Source: Octopus vulgaris (Eukaryota). Taken from it: a stretch of DNA of 64,000 nucleotides. Under the pieces are notes generated by a model that was not told the origin of the DNA, did no database searches, and saw nothing but the letters and a program-made list of their open reading frames with translations. Numbering within the stretch: the stretch's first letter is position 1; every line of letters starts with the position of its first letter. Shown here in pieces: positions 30,681 through 47,673 of the stretch. The position numbers and the translations under genes were made by a program. The DNA is taken from contig OX597837.1 of the NCBI GenBank assembly GCA_951406725.2, forward strand, positions 19,158,001 to 19,222,000, written 5' to 3'.

Positions 30681-30835
30681 AAAAGAGAAAAAGGGGAGAG
30701 ACAGATAGAAAACGGTGAAGGAGGAAGGGGGAGAAAAAGGAATTAGAGAAAGATGGCGCAAGAAAACATGAATAGAGCAGAGAGTCGCATCAAAAAGGTG
30801 AAAATAAACTTACTTGAAAATAAATGCATCACGTT
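30464..30835. mobile_element. Unclassified interspersed repeat (family C), partial
   Basis: CGTTAGACCAGAACGAGAGGAAATTAGTGAA matches 33061; GTCACGTG motifs as at 61327. Confidence 0.65.
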
Positions 30836-31878
30836 CCATATATATATATATATAAATTAAATAGAGAGATACTATTGACAATCCAATAATTTATGTTACA
30901 ATATTGCATGATATACTATGAATATAATATAACAATATTATATAACATAAACAGTTATTAAAAAACCATAAGAGGCCAACAAATTGTTACGACTTACATA
31001 TATTTTTTTCTGATATACATACATAACAACAGTTCCCTTATATATAACGTCACTTCAGGGTCATGGTTTAAAGATAGACGAAATTCCGTGTGAAAGAACG
31101 GTTAGATTGTAAAAATTAATTCAAATGTCCTCTGTATTACGAGCATGAGCGTTAACTATTCAATCATACATCAATTACAATAAAAAAAAACAACAAAAAC
31201 AGTCCAACGGATGATAGAACCAAGCAAGTGCAATCCACAACCATCGAAATTCACTTCATTACATCTCAAACACATACCAGTCGAAACCATTTCATGTCCA
31301 AGATAGTCTCTTGTAACTACAACATACAACAATAAGATAGGAGTGTATATAAATGTATATAATTAAGTTTTCCCCTATGTATAACTTCAACAAAAAGTAT
31401 ATAAACAATTATATCCTCAATACAACAATTCCTTTATTTATTCTAAATTAATTGATATACAAAATTATTGTTTAAATTACCTAATAATAGTCTTCTATAT
31501 TTATTATTTTCTCGGAGGTATAATACCGTATTAGATATAAATAGAAGCCTAATAAAATTTTTTCCTTCTTTACTTAAATTATCGTAGGGAGAATTCCATA
31601 ATAAGTGTTAATATAGACTTAAGGCTGTAAATGCGATAACCAAAATATCCCCCCCCCATATATATATATATTGGGGGCTATAGTAATGGAAGTCAAATAT
31701 ACTAATTTTTTAGGGGTAACCAGATTTGAAGTTACTTAAATAATGATTGTTATTCACACAATTTTTGTATGTGTGTAAATATATGTATATATGTATATGT
31801 ACGTATGTATGTGTGTACATGTATAAATGTGTGTGTATATATGTATTAAGTATATACATATATAAATGTGTGTATATG

Positions 31879-31909
<31 letters not shown>

Positions 31910-31995
31910 CTGTATATATATGTGTATGTATATATATTGTGTGTGTATATGCCTGTGTGTGAATATAAATGTATATTTGAGTTTTGTCATCTCAA

Positions 31996-32522
31996 TCTAT
32001 ATAATAATTTAATTAAAAAATTTATTATTAGTGGACCAATTCTGAATTGCTTCCTTTTAGTGCATTTTCTTGTAGTTACTGTTAAATTTATCATTATACT
32101 AGTATTTGATATTAATTACATATCACAAATGAGATGTTTTCATTATACTAAATGAATAGGTGTATAAATAAACTTATCCCGTTTATTAATGGATGATAAT
32201 TATAAGAATAATAATGATATCAAAAATTAGTTTCATTTGACTTACTAAATAAATTTAATGACCAAAATAATAATTATTTTAGTATTGTATAGTTTATAAA
32301 TTGTATTCTTATTACAATGATTTTGTTTGTATACTTCTGAAAGTATTGATAGAGTTTCGATATGCACCATATATGGTCCCCCTTCGCTTTTAAACAAACA
32401 ATAACCTCCATTCTGCCATTAACTAAACATCAGTGGTGCCGATTCTGCCCATAAGAAAGGAGCAAATAAAACAATGTGCCTGTAGGTCATAACACCCGAG
32501 CAACGCCGGGATGCATTGCTAG
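31996..32522 (+). mobile_element. Non-autonomous Helitron-like element
   Basis: A|TCTATATAATAA start; 3' hairpin CCCGAGCAACGCCGGG then CTAG|T. Confidence 0.72.
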
Positions 32523-32794
32523 TGTTATATTCATAGTATATCATGTAATATTGTAATATAAATAAATTATTTCATTGTCAGTAGTATCTCTATTTAATTT
32601 AACTTTATAATTGCATTATACCAATATTTATATGGCATTCAACTGACGTACCAGTGAATTCGATGTTTAACACACACTTTGAAGGATTTCTTTCCCTCAT
32701 TTTGTTTATATATATATATATATATATATGAAATATATATATATATATATATATATGATATATATATATATATATATATATACACGTTCATATA

Positions 32795-33155
32795 TGGGTA
32801 CAGGACGTCACTGACGGTGCAAATAACATGAAATACGTAAACAACGAGAAAAACATGGAAAATAGGACAAGTAAGCACAGAGAAAAGACCCTTCATCAGT
32901 TGTCGGCTGTCTATCTACTCCTCATTTCGAGCATTCAATGACAATATGATTTAAGAAGGGTCAAAGGGTCGAACATTCAACGACAATAGGATTTATGGAG
33001 GGTCAAAGCTGGAAACAAAAAATGACAGAAAGAAACCGAATGAAAACAAACATGGAGGGTCGTTAGAGCAGAATGAGAGGAAATTAGTGAATGATGGGAG
33101 AAACAATTTTTTTTTGATAAGAGAAACGATAGGATAGAGAAAAGCATGTCTGCTA
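32795..33155. mobile_element. Family C interspersed repeat
   Basis: Collinear with 60857-61260 (GTACAGGAC(G/A)TCAC.., ATTTCGAGC(A/T)TTCAATG). Confidence 0.7.
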
Positions 33156-33161
33156 CCCCAC

Positions 33162-33206
<45 letters not shown>

Positions 33207-33208
33207 TT

Positions 33209-33620
33209 CAGGAGTGGCTGTGTGGTAAGTAGCTTGCTTACCAACCACATGGTTCCGGGTTCAGTCCCACTGCGTGGCACCTTGGGCAAGTGTCTTCTGC
33301 TATAGCCCCGGGCCGACCAATGCTTTGTGAGTGGATTTGGTAGACAGAAACTGAAAGAGGCCTGTCGTATATATGTATATATATATGTGTATGTGTGTGT
33401 GTGTATATGTTTGTGTGTCTGTGTTTGTCCCCCTAGCATTGCTTGACAACCGATGCTGGTGTGTTTACGTCCCCGTCACTTAGCGGTTCGGCAAAAGAGA
33501 CCGATGGAATAAGTACTGGGCTTACAAAGAATAAGTCACGGGGTCGATTTGCTCGACTAAAGGCGGTGCTCCAGCATGGCCGCAGTCAAATGACTGAAAC
33601 AAGTAAAAGAGTAAAAGAGA
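33209..33620 (+). mobile_element. Family A SINE, young full-length copy
   Basis: tRNA-like A/B boxes (GTGGCTGTGTGG, GGTTCAGTCCC), CORE-like ACCTTGGGCAAGTG, tail AAGTAAAAGAGTAAAAGAG. Confidence 0.95.
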
Positions 33621-33636
33621 TATACATATACACACA

Positions 33637-34774
33637 CTAGCAATGCACCCCGGCGTTGCCCAGGAGTTATGACCTACAGCCACATTGTATTATTTGTTCA
33701 GAATTTGGCCCAAATCGGTACAGCTGATATATAGTGAACTGGATCACTGACGTAATGGAAGTTATTGTTCGTTTGAAAGTGAAGGGGGAGGGTACAATTT
33801 GCATGAAAGTACTTTCTGTTCCAAAGAATGATCACAAACTATGTATTGTTTCATCGTATAAAAGCGGTTTAATACGATTTTGCCCAGAAATTACGTTTTT
33901 AAAACTTTAATTTCCCCCGTCTCTATCGCAATTTCTTTGTAACTTTTTTCGATTTTTTTTATCCGCGTAGAAAAATACAGAGATTACGAATGTGGGAAAT
34001 GTAAATATTTTTTTAAGTTTAATTTTTCTTAAAGAAACACTCAATGCCCCTTCCACCACCTCACCCACCCATCAGCTACCGGCTTTCAAAAAGCTAAAAC
34101 ATCTCGATGTTTCACTTTCGTTTGATGTTTCACGCATGCGTAGAATAGCAGACGTAAAAATACCAGACCACCACCAGAAAACCCGACATGCTAGAAACAA
34201 CAGACAAACGACATTATTTCCGAAGAAACTTCCTCGCTTGCTAAAAAGCTAAAAGTGAAACATTGAGAGTTTGTAGTTTTTTGAAAGTGGTGAGGTGATG
34301 GGTGGATGCTTGGGAAGGAGATTTTAGTGTTTCTTTAAGAAAAAAGGAAGAAGAAAATTCTTAAAGATTCGTACTCTGTTTTTTTTTTCCGAGGATTACT
34401 AAGAACAAATTTGGAAAAAAAGTAAAAAAATGAAGAAATTGAGGTGTGGAGGGAGAAAATTAAAATATTGAGAACGTGTTTTTGGGGCGAAATCCTAGTC
34501 CCCTGCATGGAAAACAAATCAGAAGAAATTTAGGAAAAAAATAAGTGGTGGAGGCGCAAATATCACCTTGGATATACTGTAAACAACAAGTAAAGGATAG
34601 GATTTCTGGGAAAACTTCCTTTTAAGTTTATATCGAAGACCAGCTCTTTAAATACGCTCATCACAAACAGAAATTATGGAATAAAGGTAATTTCAATTGG
34701 ATTTGAGCTGTAATTTTGCACGTGCACACCGAAAGAAATAACATAATTAGTTCAGTAGTTTTACCTAGAGTGCA

Positions 34775-34822
<48 letters not shown>

Positions 34823-35052
34823 GAAGTTATTTTATGCATTCTTTCGTTTGAAGAAGCAAAGTTGTCAACTCGATCAACTGGGATCATATTCGTTATTTTC
34901 CGTAATCTTTTTAAATTTCTTTATGCTTTGAAGAGAGCAAGAGAGGAGAAAGTGAAAAGGCGACATTTGCTTTGAAGTAAGAGCAGAAAGTGAAAGATGT
35001 ATGTACGTGTATATGAAATGAACGTGTGTGTGTGTGTGTGTGTGCGTGAGGC

Positions 35053-35084
<32 letters not shown>

Positions 35085-35319
35085 GGAGTGAAAGAGAGAG
35101 AGAGTGAAAGAGAGAGAAACAGAGAGAGAAAAAGAGAGACAGCGAGAGAGAAAGTGAGTGAATGAGTGAAGGTGTGTGTTGTCATGTATGTACTTTTTTT
35201 GCATGTATGTGCAAGTGGTACTCTCTCGCCCTCTCGCTCTCTCTCACACACACATATTATATTTCATATACATATGCATGCATCTTTTTGCTTGTATGTG
35301 TTCACGTGCCTGTGCATGT

Positions 35320-35368
<49 letters not shown>

Positions 35369-35683
35369 ACTGTATTTCCTCATAACATATAGAGAAATGG
35401 ATGCCTTTTAATGAAACTTTTTTGATTGTGGCTTATTTTAATACAATATTTATTTCTACACCTTCATAAATGTTCGTCTGAGTAGAATCCTACGCATGCG
35501 TGAAACATCGGACGAAAGCGAAACATTAGAAGCAAATCGAAATATTGCCCGAAAATGACTTCAAAATTGTGCAACCCGACCTCCTTTCCGAGGTAATTTT
35601 AGCAGTAAAAAAGAGTTGTTGTGCCAAAACCATACTCTATTTGGAAGATAGATGATAAGCTGCTTCCTTTATTATCGAAGAGA
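33637..35683 (-). mobile_element. Non-autonomous Helitron-like element with internal inverted repeats
   Basis: 3' end is the reverse complement of 32330-32522 (hairpin plus CTAG|T); candidate 5' A|TCTCTTCGATAATAAAGG at 35683. The 5' boundary is less certain. Confidence 0.6.
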
Positions 35684-36279
35684 TGTGACTAATTCGGAGA
35701 AACATTACTTTCAGTATTCACACATCGTCACTCGCGTATTGCAACACTTTGTAATTTTGGTTCAAATTGAAGGTGTGAAACTATTTTCACTTTCTAATGA
35801 AACCTTATCGTTGTAGAGCAGTGTATTTCAAATAACTATGGCTGGTTGTTGACATAACATCGAAAAGATGTAAATGAAAATAAAGTTTATTTGAAAGCCG
35901 AAAGATTACTGAATCTTTTGACACCCCATACGTCAAAATTGGCAACGAAGTTTTCGAATGCATAAGGAACATACACGAGGTCATCGCTCCCATATTTAGC
36001 CTTATGTGATACACACAGTCCCGAGTTGCTGGATATTTACCCGTCTTCAGTGCGTGTTAATCACGAGCTAGTGATGAAGATGTATATAGTTCAAATATAC
36101 CGAAAAACAAAAGACAAAGACAGGTGTTGGAACAACAAGCAGGTGTATTAGTTTAACGCTCGGGAAAAATGGAAAAGTATTTGACGTTTCGAGCCTATTC
36201 TCTTCGACAGAATGGAATAAGAAGGTAAAAAATGAAGCGTGAACTGCGTAGAGAAATATATATGTATATATAGTCATTT

Positions 36280-36820
<541 letters not shown>

Positions 36821-36822
36821 TA

Positions 36823-36869
<47 letters not shown>

Positions 36870-36996
36870 GCACATATATGCATATATATATATATAAATG
36901 CGTATATATATATGTATATATATGTATATACATATATTCATATATATATATATACATATACATATATACATATATGTATATGTATATATATGTATA

Positions 36997-37038
<42 letters not shown>

Positions 37039-37839
37039 TGCGCATGCATATACATAAATATAAGTGAGTGTGTGTGTGTGTTAGGATGGTAAATTATTTG
37101 GGTGACAGACTGCTTCAAGGGTTGAAGTGATTTCAAGTTGACAGTTGGGAAGTTTTTCTTTGTCAGCGGGACCGTTTCGAATGTCGTACAGATGCGTAAT
37201 TTCTTTTTATATGTTACAATATTTTCTATATTACTTTCTATATTCGTTTTCTTAGGGTGTCAGTTGTATGCTCCCCGACAGTGATCAGAAACGCCCGGCC
37301 AACGCTAGTATAAATGCAAGAGCTCTCCGTTATTTTGGATAAGAACAAGCACCTTAATTAGCATCGTTTGATCGTTAGGAAGCCACTGACGTTGACATCA
37401 AAGTAGCCCAATCTCGGTTTGCTGACACATAAGCAAATTCTTCCTTGAAGAAGATCGCCCCACTTCAAAGACTGATGACGCCTCACGAACTGGAGTATGT
37501 ATGCCGTCGAAACTTATCTATAGTTCTCATTTGACGTGCGCAGTCAAGCTCGGGTCCGATCGAACCATACTGTAGTTCGATTGTGTAATCTGAGTATATT
37601 TAACATTAACAAAACACACACACACCGTATATATATATATGTACCTATATGTTTGTGTTGCATAATAAAATGAATAAATATATATATATATGCTATTATC
37701 TTGTCATCTAGCGTCTTAGAGTAAAGTCCAGGTATATATAAAAAAACATCAAAGAGATTCTATATCCATTTAAAATATAAGTTTATTGTTGATAATGCAT
37801 GGATGCAAAGGCTTATGAATGCTGGCAAGCTACACATAC

Positions 37840-41230
<3,391 letters not shown>

Positions 41231-42321
41231 TCTATTCGCCTTCGTCACTCCCTCCCTCTCTCTCTATCTCTATCTATATTTCTATCCATCTGTTTATATT
41301 ATTTAAGTGCAAGTTTTTTTTTAAATATTTGTATTATATATTCTAATTCATGTAACTATACGCATCTGTGCATGCGTATATATGTAATTATAAGCATGTA
41401 TACGTATATATCTATGTCTGTGGACCTGTGTGACTATAGATCTTATGTAATATTCGTATATGTATATACTTAGTATATACATCTGTCTGTTTGTTCGGAG
41501 GAATAAATATTTTTATGTAAACCATAATTCAATGGCTAAACCTTTGCGATTCAACTATAACTTAACTTATAATTCTAAAATCATTTAAAATTTATTCCTA
41601 CCATTCAATCAACATCCCTGAATTCCGTACATTTCTTTTGCCTCAAAGATAAAATTCCAAAGATATTAACTTCAAAGAAATTGAAGTTTTATGGAATTCT
41701 AAAATTTCCTTCATATCTTTTTTCTTTCTTTCCATTTGATGTTCATTTGATGCGGAATTCTCATGTTTCCCTTTGTGTATATACGTGTCTATACACGTAG
41801 TCTTTCTTACCTCTGACAATGACTGAGGCACTGTCTATCAGCCGTCAATATGTTTTCTATTCCTCCAGGTGGCCTAGAATGGATTGGATATGTATAGAGG
41901 TTGCTGTTGTTGTGTAACCTCAGGTTAGCCTTGATTGAGCAGATTGCAGACTTATGATGAAAAGCATTCCAAACATGACCACCTCGAAAGTCAGTGCATT
42001 CAGGAATGTATCATCCAATCTATCCTCCCTAATTTTTAAGAAAGTGCAGTGTAATATGAGGGAAATTTGGCTGCTGTTTTTAGCTATTTGCGTGACTGCA
42101 TAGATGGTCTTTCGTTGAGTCATTATACATTTTCACGTTGCATTTACCATCCTCCCCAAACTCTCCTACTCCATGTGTATAAACACACAGACACGCGCAA
42201 ACACACATAATATATTACATGTATGTGTATATGAATATATATATTTATATAAAGTATATATATATATATAACTAAATAATATTACATATACAAACGCACA
42301 CGTACATATATACACATATAC

Positions 42322-42439
<118 letters not shown>

Positions 42440-42604
42440 ATACAAAATGGGACAAGAACGCAAAACATCCAGAAGACGATTGAAAAAACACGGACGGGTC
42501 ATTCGAAGTCTTTAATCTTCAGTCAAGAACCGGGGATCATCCTTGCAATTTCGGCTGATATATATATAAATATATATACATAATAAAATACAAACATATA
42601 CATG

Positions 42605-42693
<89 letters not shown>

Positions 42694-42934
42694 TGTATAT
42701 GTGTGCGGGTATATATATATATGCACTCTCTAAGATATATATATACACAGTTCATAGATGAGAATCCAATATTCACTGTATAGACTACACTGAGTAGTGC
42801 TCAAGAGGTTTACACTTAAGCGTGTAGAGAAATAAATGTAGAGATAATCAAGTTAGATCAATATAGAAAGTATATTAAATTTATGAAATAAAAAATATAT
42901 ATATATATATCTGTTATATATATATATATATACA

Positions 42935-43172
42935 TAGGAGGAGAAATGGAAAGACAAGAAAAGACGTCAACAAGAATCTATGACATTATAACCAGCCAGG
43001 CAAAGTCTTCGCTACATTTGCGGCACCTACCAGAGGGAGTGTTTGTCCAGGATAGGACTACACAGCCACAGCAGAAGATGTATTGAGACATGAGATGTAA
43101 AAGCCGGACTAGATTATTTTATGCGCAACTCCATTGTCTCCCGAGACAAAAAGGATGCCAACAACCAACAAC
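42935..43172 (+). mobile_element. RTE-clade LINE 3' end
   Basis: YICGTYQRECLSRIGLHSHSRRC zinc-finger remnant, 3' stem-loop TTGTCTCCCGAGACAA, CAA-type tail. Confidence 0.82.
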
Positions 43173-43173
43173 C

Positions 43174-43244
<71 letters not shown>

Positions 43245-43247
<3 letters not shown>

Positions 43248-43463
43248 TTGTTATTTGTTTCTGTGTTTGCCCTCCAACCATCGCTTGACAACCGATGTTG
43301 GTGTGTTTACGTCACCGTCACTTAGCAGTTCGGCATAAAGAAACCGATAGAATAAGTACTAGGCTTACAAAGAATAAGTCCTGCGATCGACATGCCTGAC
43401 TAAAGGTGGTGCTCCAGCATGGCCGCAGTCAATTGACTGAAACAAGTAAAAGAATAAAAGAAT
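43245..43463 (+). mobile_element. Family A SINE 3' half
   Basis: Matches 33410-33620. Confidence 0.88.
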
Positions 43464-43610
43464 ATGCTTACCTACAAGAAGGTCCGACTTACACAGAAAA
43501 TAAAAGATATCGAGAAGTAAAGGGGTTGAAGAAAAGTATTACAAATCCAACAGCTGTTTCTGGGGACTTTATATATTGACCTGTCTAACTAGCTTATGCT
43601 TACATTTACT

Positions 43611-43652
<42 letters not shown>

Positions 43653-43654
43653 GT

Positions 43655-43809
43655 GACCGGTAATAAAGTCACAAGAAAAACTTCACAATTAATTTATGGA
43701 ATCCGGACAAAAGCACCCTACGACAAAGCCCCTCGGACCAAACCCCTGGGACAAAACCCCTGTGACATGTTTTCCGTGAATTTTTTCGTGTGACTTTTTT
43801 CCTGGATCG
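43655..43809. mobile_element. Small MITE-like element with ~14-bp modular repeats
   Basis: AAAGTCACAAGAAAAACTTCAC / GTGAATTTTTTCGTGTGACTTT inverted ends enclosing four GGACAAAA(G)CCCC-like units. Confidence 0.55.
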
Positions 43810-43842
43810 ATATATACGTATGTATATGTATGTGTGTGTGTG

Positions 43843-43909
<67 letters not shown>

Positions 43910-43938
43910 GTTTATATATGTATATACATATGTATATG

Positions 43939-44021
<83 letters not shown>

Positions 44022-44116
44022 TTAAAATTAAATAAGGGTAGAAATTGATATTAATCAATTAAAACCAGTGGCTTAGCCTATTTTAAAAAATCCGAAGATT
44101 AAAAATTGTTTTACAT

Positions 44117-44612
44117 ACACAATTTAGAGGACTGATCACTAAAAGTGGACAGCCTATATGCTAAACATAGACATCAAATCGCCATTACCACGAAGAATGT
44201 GTTCTCAAGAAAAATCTCAGCAAAAAACCAAACCGCTTCCGATCTCAGCGCGCCAAAGTGATGGCATTTGAAAGATACACCTAAATATAATTTGTAGAAC
44301 TTTATACATGATGGATTTCGGTTGAGTGTTCTGTATCTTGTTCTGGAAATTATGTTTTGTAAACGACAGACTATGCTGATGATCTTGCAGATGTTTGCGT
44401 GTCCATATACGTAAATATTAACAAGTGAAACCAATAGTACATAGGTAATCGTTTTTTATTTCGTATATTTTCATTTGTCATGCTTATTTTCACATTTTGG
44501 TTTTTTGCTGAGACTTTTTTCTTGATAACACATTCTTCGTGGTAATGGCGATTTGACGTCTATGTTTAGCATATAGGCTGTCCACTATTAGTGGTCAGTC
44601 CTCTAAATTTTG

Positions 44613-44617
<5 letters not shown>
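44117..44617. repeat. Inverted repeat (arms ~44117-44232 and ~44495-44617)
   Basis: Arms are near-perfect reverse complements; the spacer carries a hammerhead. Confidence 0.92.
44371..44444 (+). ncRNA. Type I hammerhead ribozyme, long G-U-rich helix II
   Basis: CTATG-CTGATGA-T CTTG..ATGTTTGCGTGT/ATACGTAAATAT..CAAG T-GAAA-CCAATAG-TA|CATAG; U.U at the base of helix II is non-canonical. Confidence 0.72.
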
Positions 44618-44668
<51 letters not shown>

Positions 44669-44669
44669 G

Positions 44670-44887
44670 GATTCTCCGGTCGAAGACGGCGTATGAACGT
44701 CCAGCTTTTTGCCGAACGACCTGCACCAAATATTTGTTTATCGTGACCAAATGTTTATGCTGCACTTTAATTCGATCTCTCCATGGAATCTACATTATCT
44801 GAACAGGTGCACTGTGTGCCACGCGTTAGGTATAGAAGTGATCGCAGAGCAACGTGAAATGAAGTGTTTTGCTCAAGAACACAATGC
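44670..44887 (-). mobile_element. Second CORE-type SINE family, headless
   Basis: Minus strand TTGTGTTCTTGAGCAAAACACTTCATTTCAC resembles the CORE domain. Confidence 0.6.
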
Positions 44888-44889
44888 AA

Positions 44890-45290
44890 ATGATAACAAA
44901 GGAGATCTACTGCGAGCAGCTTGAGAGGCTTAAGTCAGCACTAGAAGAAAAACGATCATCTTTGGTTTCAAGACGAAAGGTGTTCTTCCATGAGGCTAAT
45001 GCTCAGCCACATACAGCTAGGATGACATTCAAAAGGCTGGAGTAGTTTGATGAGAAACGATGCTCCACTCACCATATTCGCTGAACGTTGCCCCATCTCA
45101 TTATCATTTATTCCGCAGTGTTCAAAATCATTTGAACAAAAGACATATGAATTCTGTAGACGAGGTCAGAACAGAACTGGAGGAGTATTTTTCGTGACGG
45201 ACAAGCGAATTTTGTAAGAGGAGCCTTGCAAGTCTACCAGATAGATGGAAGAACATTGTAGAAAATGAAGGAAAATATATGCCAGATTGA
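44890..45290 (+). mobile_element. Mariner transposase C-terminal remnant
   Basis: IYCEQLERLKSALEEKR..FFHEANAQPH..HSPYSLNVAPSHYHLFRSVQNHL..LPDRWKNIVENEGKY, with stops; absent from the ORF track. Confidence 0.88.
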
Positions 45291-45542
45291 AATACATACT
45301 GAGGTCTATATTATCAATTAAATTTTTTTAGGGTGATACCGCATCATTACGACAGTCAAAAGACTAAACCCAGTAAAATAATGTTAAAGACTTAATGGCT
45401 TCAAATTTAAGGTAATGGCTTACTAACCACAAGATAATGAGTTCAAAACTTCAAATTGAACTTCCACTCTAAATGATAACAGTATACATACATCTGAGTC
45501 TACTTGACTTCCAACAATTAACAATTGTAATTTGAAAATGAA

Positions 45543-46092
45543 TTGTGCAGAGTCGCTCGAGAAACTCAGAGTAACAGATTTTGTTGAATTTTCTGCTGTT
45601 TAAAATAAAGCATATTACTCTACCACTGGTATTTGAGTACTCTTTTTTCCACCTTGTTTCACATTTATGTGTTTACTCCGGTGTAACCCGCTCCATCTTT
45701 TTCAGCTGTTTGTTCTTCCTACTTGTGCAGAGTCGCTCGAGAAACTCAGAGTAACAGATTTTGTTGAATTTTCTGCTGCTTAAAATAAAGCATATTACTC
45801 TACCACTGGTATTTGAGTACTCTTTTTTCCACCTTGTTTCACATTTATGTGTTTACTCCGGTGTAACCCGCTCCTTATAAAAGTTTGAGCGACTCTGCAC
45901 AAGTAGGAAGAACAAACAGCTGAAAAAGATGGAACTTTACCCGCTGGATTTTTCTCAGGAACGGCAACGAGAAACTCAGAGTAACAGATTTTGTTGAATT
46001 TTCTGCTGCTTAAAATAAAGCATATTACTCTACCACTGGTATTTGAGTACTCTGTTTTCCACCTTGTTTCACATTTATGTGTTTACTCCGGT
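45543..46092. repeat. Three near-identical direct copies (~125-150 bp) plus a 47-bp inverted segment
   Basis: Copies at 45543, 45723 and 45968; 45887-45933 is the reverse complement of 45692-45738. Confidence 0.93.
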
Positions 46093-46129
46093 ATATATAT
46101 ATATATGTATATATATACGACATATGATA

Positions 46130-46463
46130 TCTATATATATAAAACTGAGAATGTGTGTGTGTCTGTCTGTCTGTGTGAATCCCTAAAACTTGAGAACTAC
46201 ACAACCAATTTCATTCAAATTGTACACTTGCCTTACTTAGGGTCCATGGAGTGTGATGGGCAAAAAAATTTAACTTCTTGCCTAGGGCGAGCCCACAGCA
46301 ATATCATATCTTCTCTACTATTTCAGTATTACATGTCAAAAGTTAAAGAAAAACATCTCTCTATTGTAATGTCAGATACTTTCACTTTAATACTGAAACT
46401 ATTAATTAAAGTGAAACTATTATATAACTGGGACGAACTGTAACTGGACATCCATTCTGCTAG
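46130..46463 (+). mobile_element. Short Helitron-like element
   Basis: A|TCTATATATATAAAA start with GTCT microsatellite; decayed hairpin and CTAG end (not followed by T). Confidence 0.55.
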
Positions 46464-46526
46464 AAGAAGATCATACCAATCAAATTAATATTCAATTTTT
46501 CACCCTTATTATTTTAAATCTAAATT

Positions 46527-46568
<42 letters not shown>

Positions 46569-46705
46569 TAGATAGATAGATGTATACATATAGATGTATA
46601 TATATAGATGTATATATATATATATATGTATGTATATATATATATAAATATATATACATGTATATATATAGATGTATATGTATACATGTGTATGTATATA
46701 TATAT

Positions 46706-47128
46706 ACTCTTTACTCTTTTACTCTTTTACTTGTTTCAGTCATTTGACTGCGGCCATGCTGGAGCACCTCCTTTAGTCGAGCAAATCGACCCCGGGACTT
46801 ATTCTTTGTAAGCCCAGTACTTATTCTATCGGTCTCTTTTGCCGAACCGCTAAGTTACGGGGACGTAAACACACCAGCATCGGTTGTCAAGCAATGCTAG
46901 GGGTACAAACACAGACACACAAACACATACACACACATACATATATATATATATATACATATATACGACAGGCTTCTTTCAGTTTCCGTCTACCAAATTC
47001 ACTCACAAGGCATTGGCCGGCCCGGGGCTATAGTAGAAAACACTTGCCCAAGATGTCACGCAGTGGGACTGAACACGGAACCATGTGGTTGGTTAGCAAG
47101 CTACTTACCACACAGCCACTCCTGCGCC
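46706..47128 (-). mobile_element. Family A SINE, young full-length copy
   Basis: Reverse-complement match to 33209-33620. Confidence 0.95.
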
Positions 47129-47242
47129 TATCCACACAGGTACTCCTGCGCCTATATATACATGTACACATATATATATACACATATATACATGCATACA
47201 TATATACACCCACACACACATACACCCACACACACACATACA

Positions 47243-47560
47243 TAGGTGCAGGTGTGCCTTTGTAGTAACAAACTTGGTTCGAAAACACATGGTCCAGAGT
47301 TCAGTCCTACTGTGTGGTAACTTTGCATGTGTCTTCTGCTATAGCCTCAGACCAACCAAAGCCTTGTCAGTGGATTTTGTAGAGAGAAACTGAAAGAAAT
47401 CAATTGTATATATATGTATGTATATATGTGAGTCTATGTGTGTGTCTTTGTGTTTCTCCCTCATCACTGCTTCCCAACTGGTGTTCGTTTATTTACATCC
47501 CCATAACTTACTGGTTTCACAAGAAGAAACAGATAGAATAAGTACCAGGCTTATGAAAAA
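47243..47560 (+). mobile_element. Family A SINE, old copy
   Basis: Diverged but collinear. Confidence 0.75.
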
Positions 47561-47639
47561 AAAACCACTAGGCAGTATCTCATATTTTTGTTTGCCCACT
47601 CAGTTGTATCTATCAATTTATCTTTGTGTGTGTGTATAC

Positions 47640-47668
<29 letters not shown>

Positions 47669-47673
<5 letters not shown>

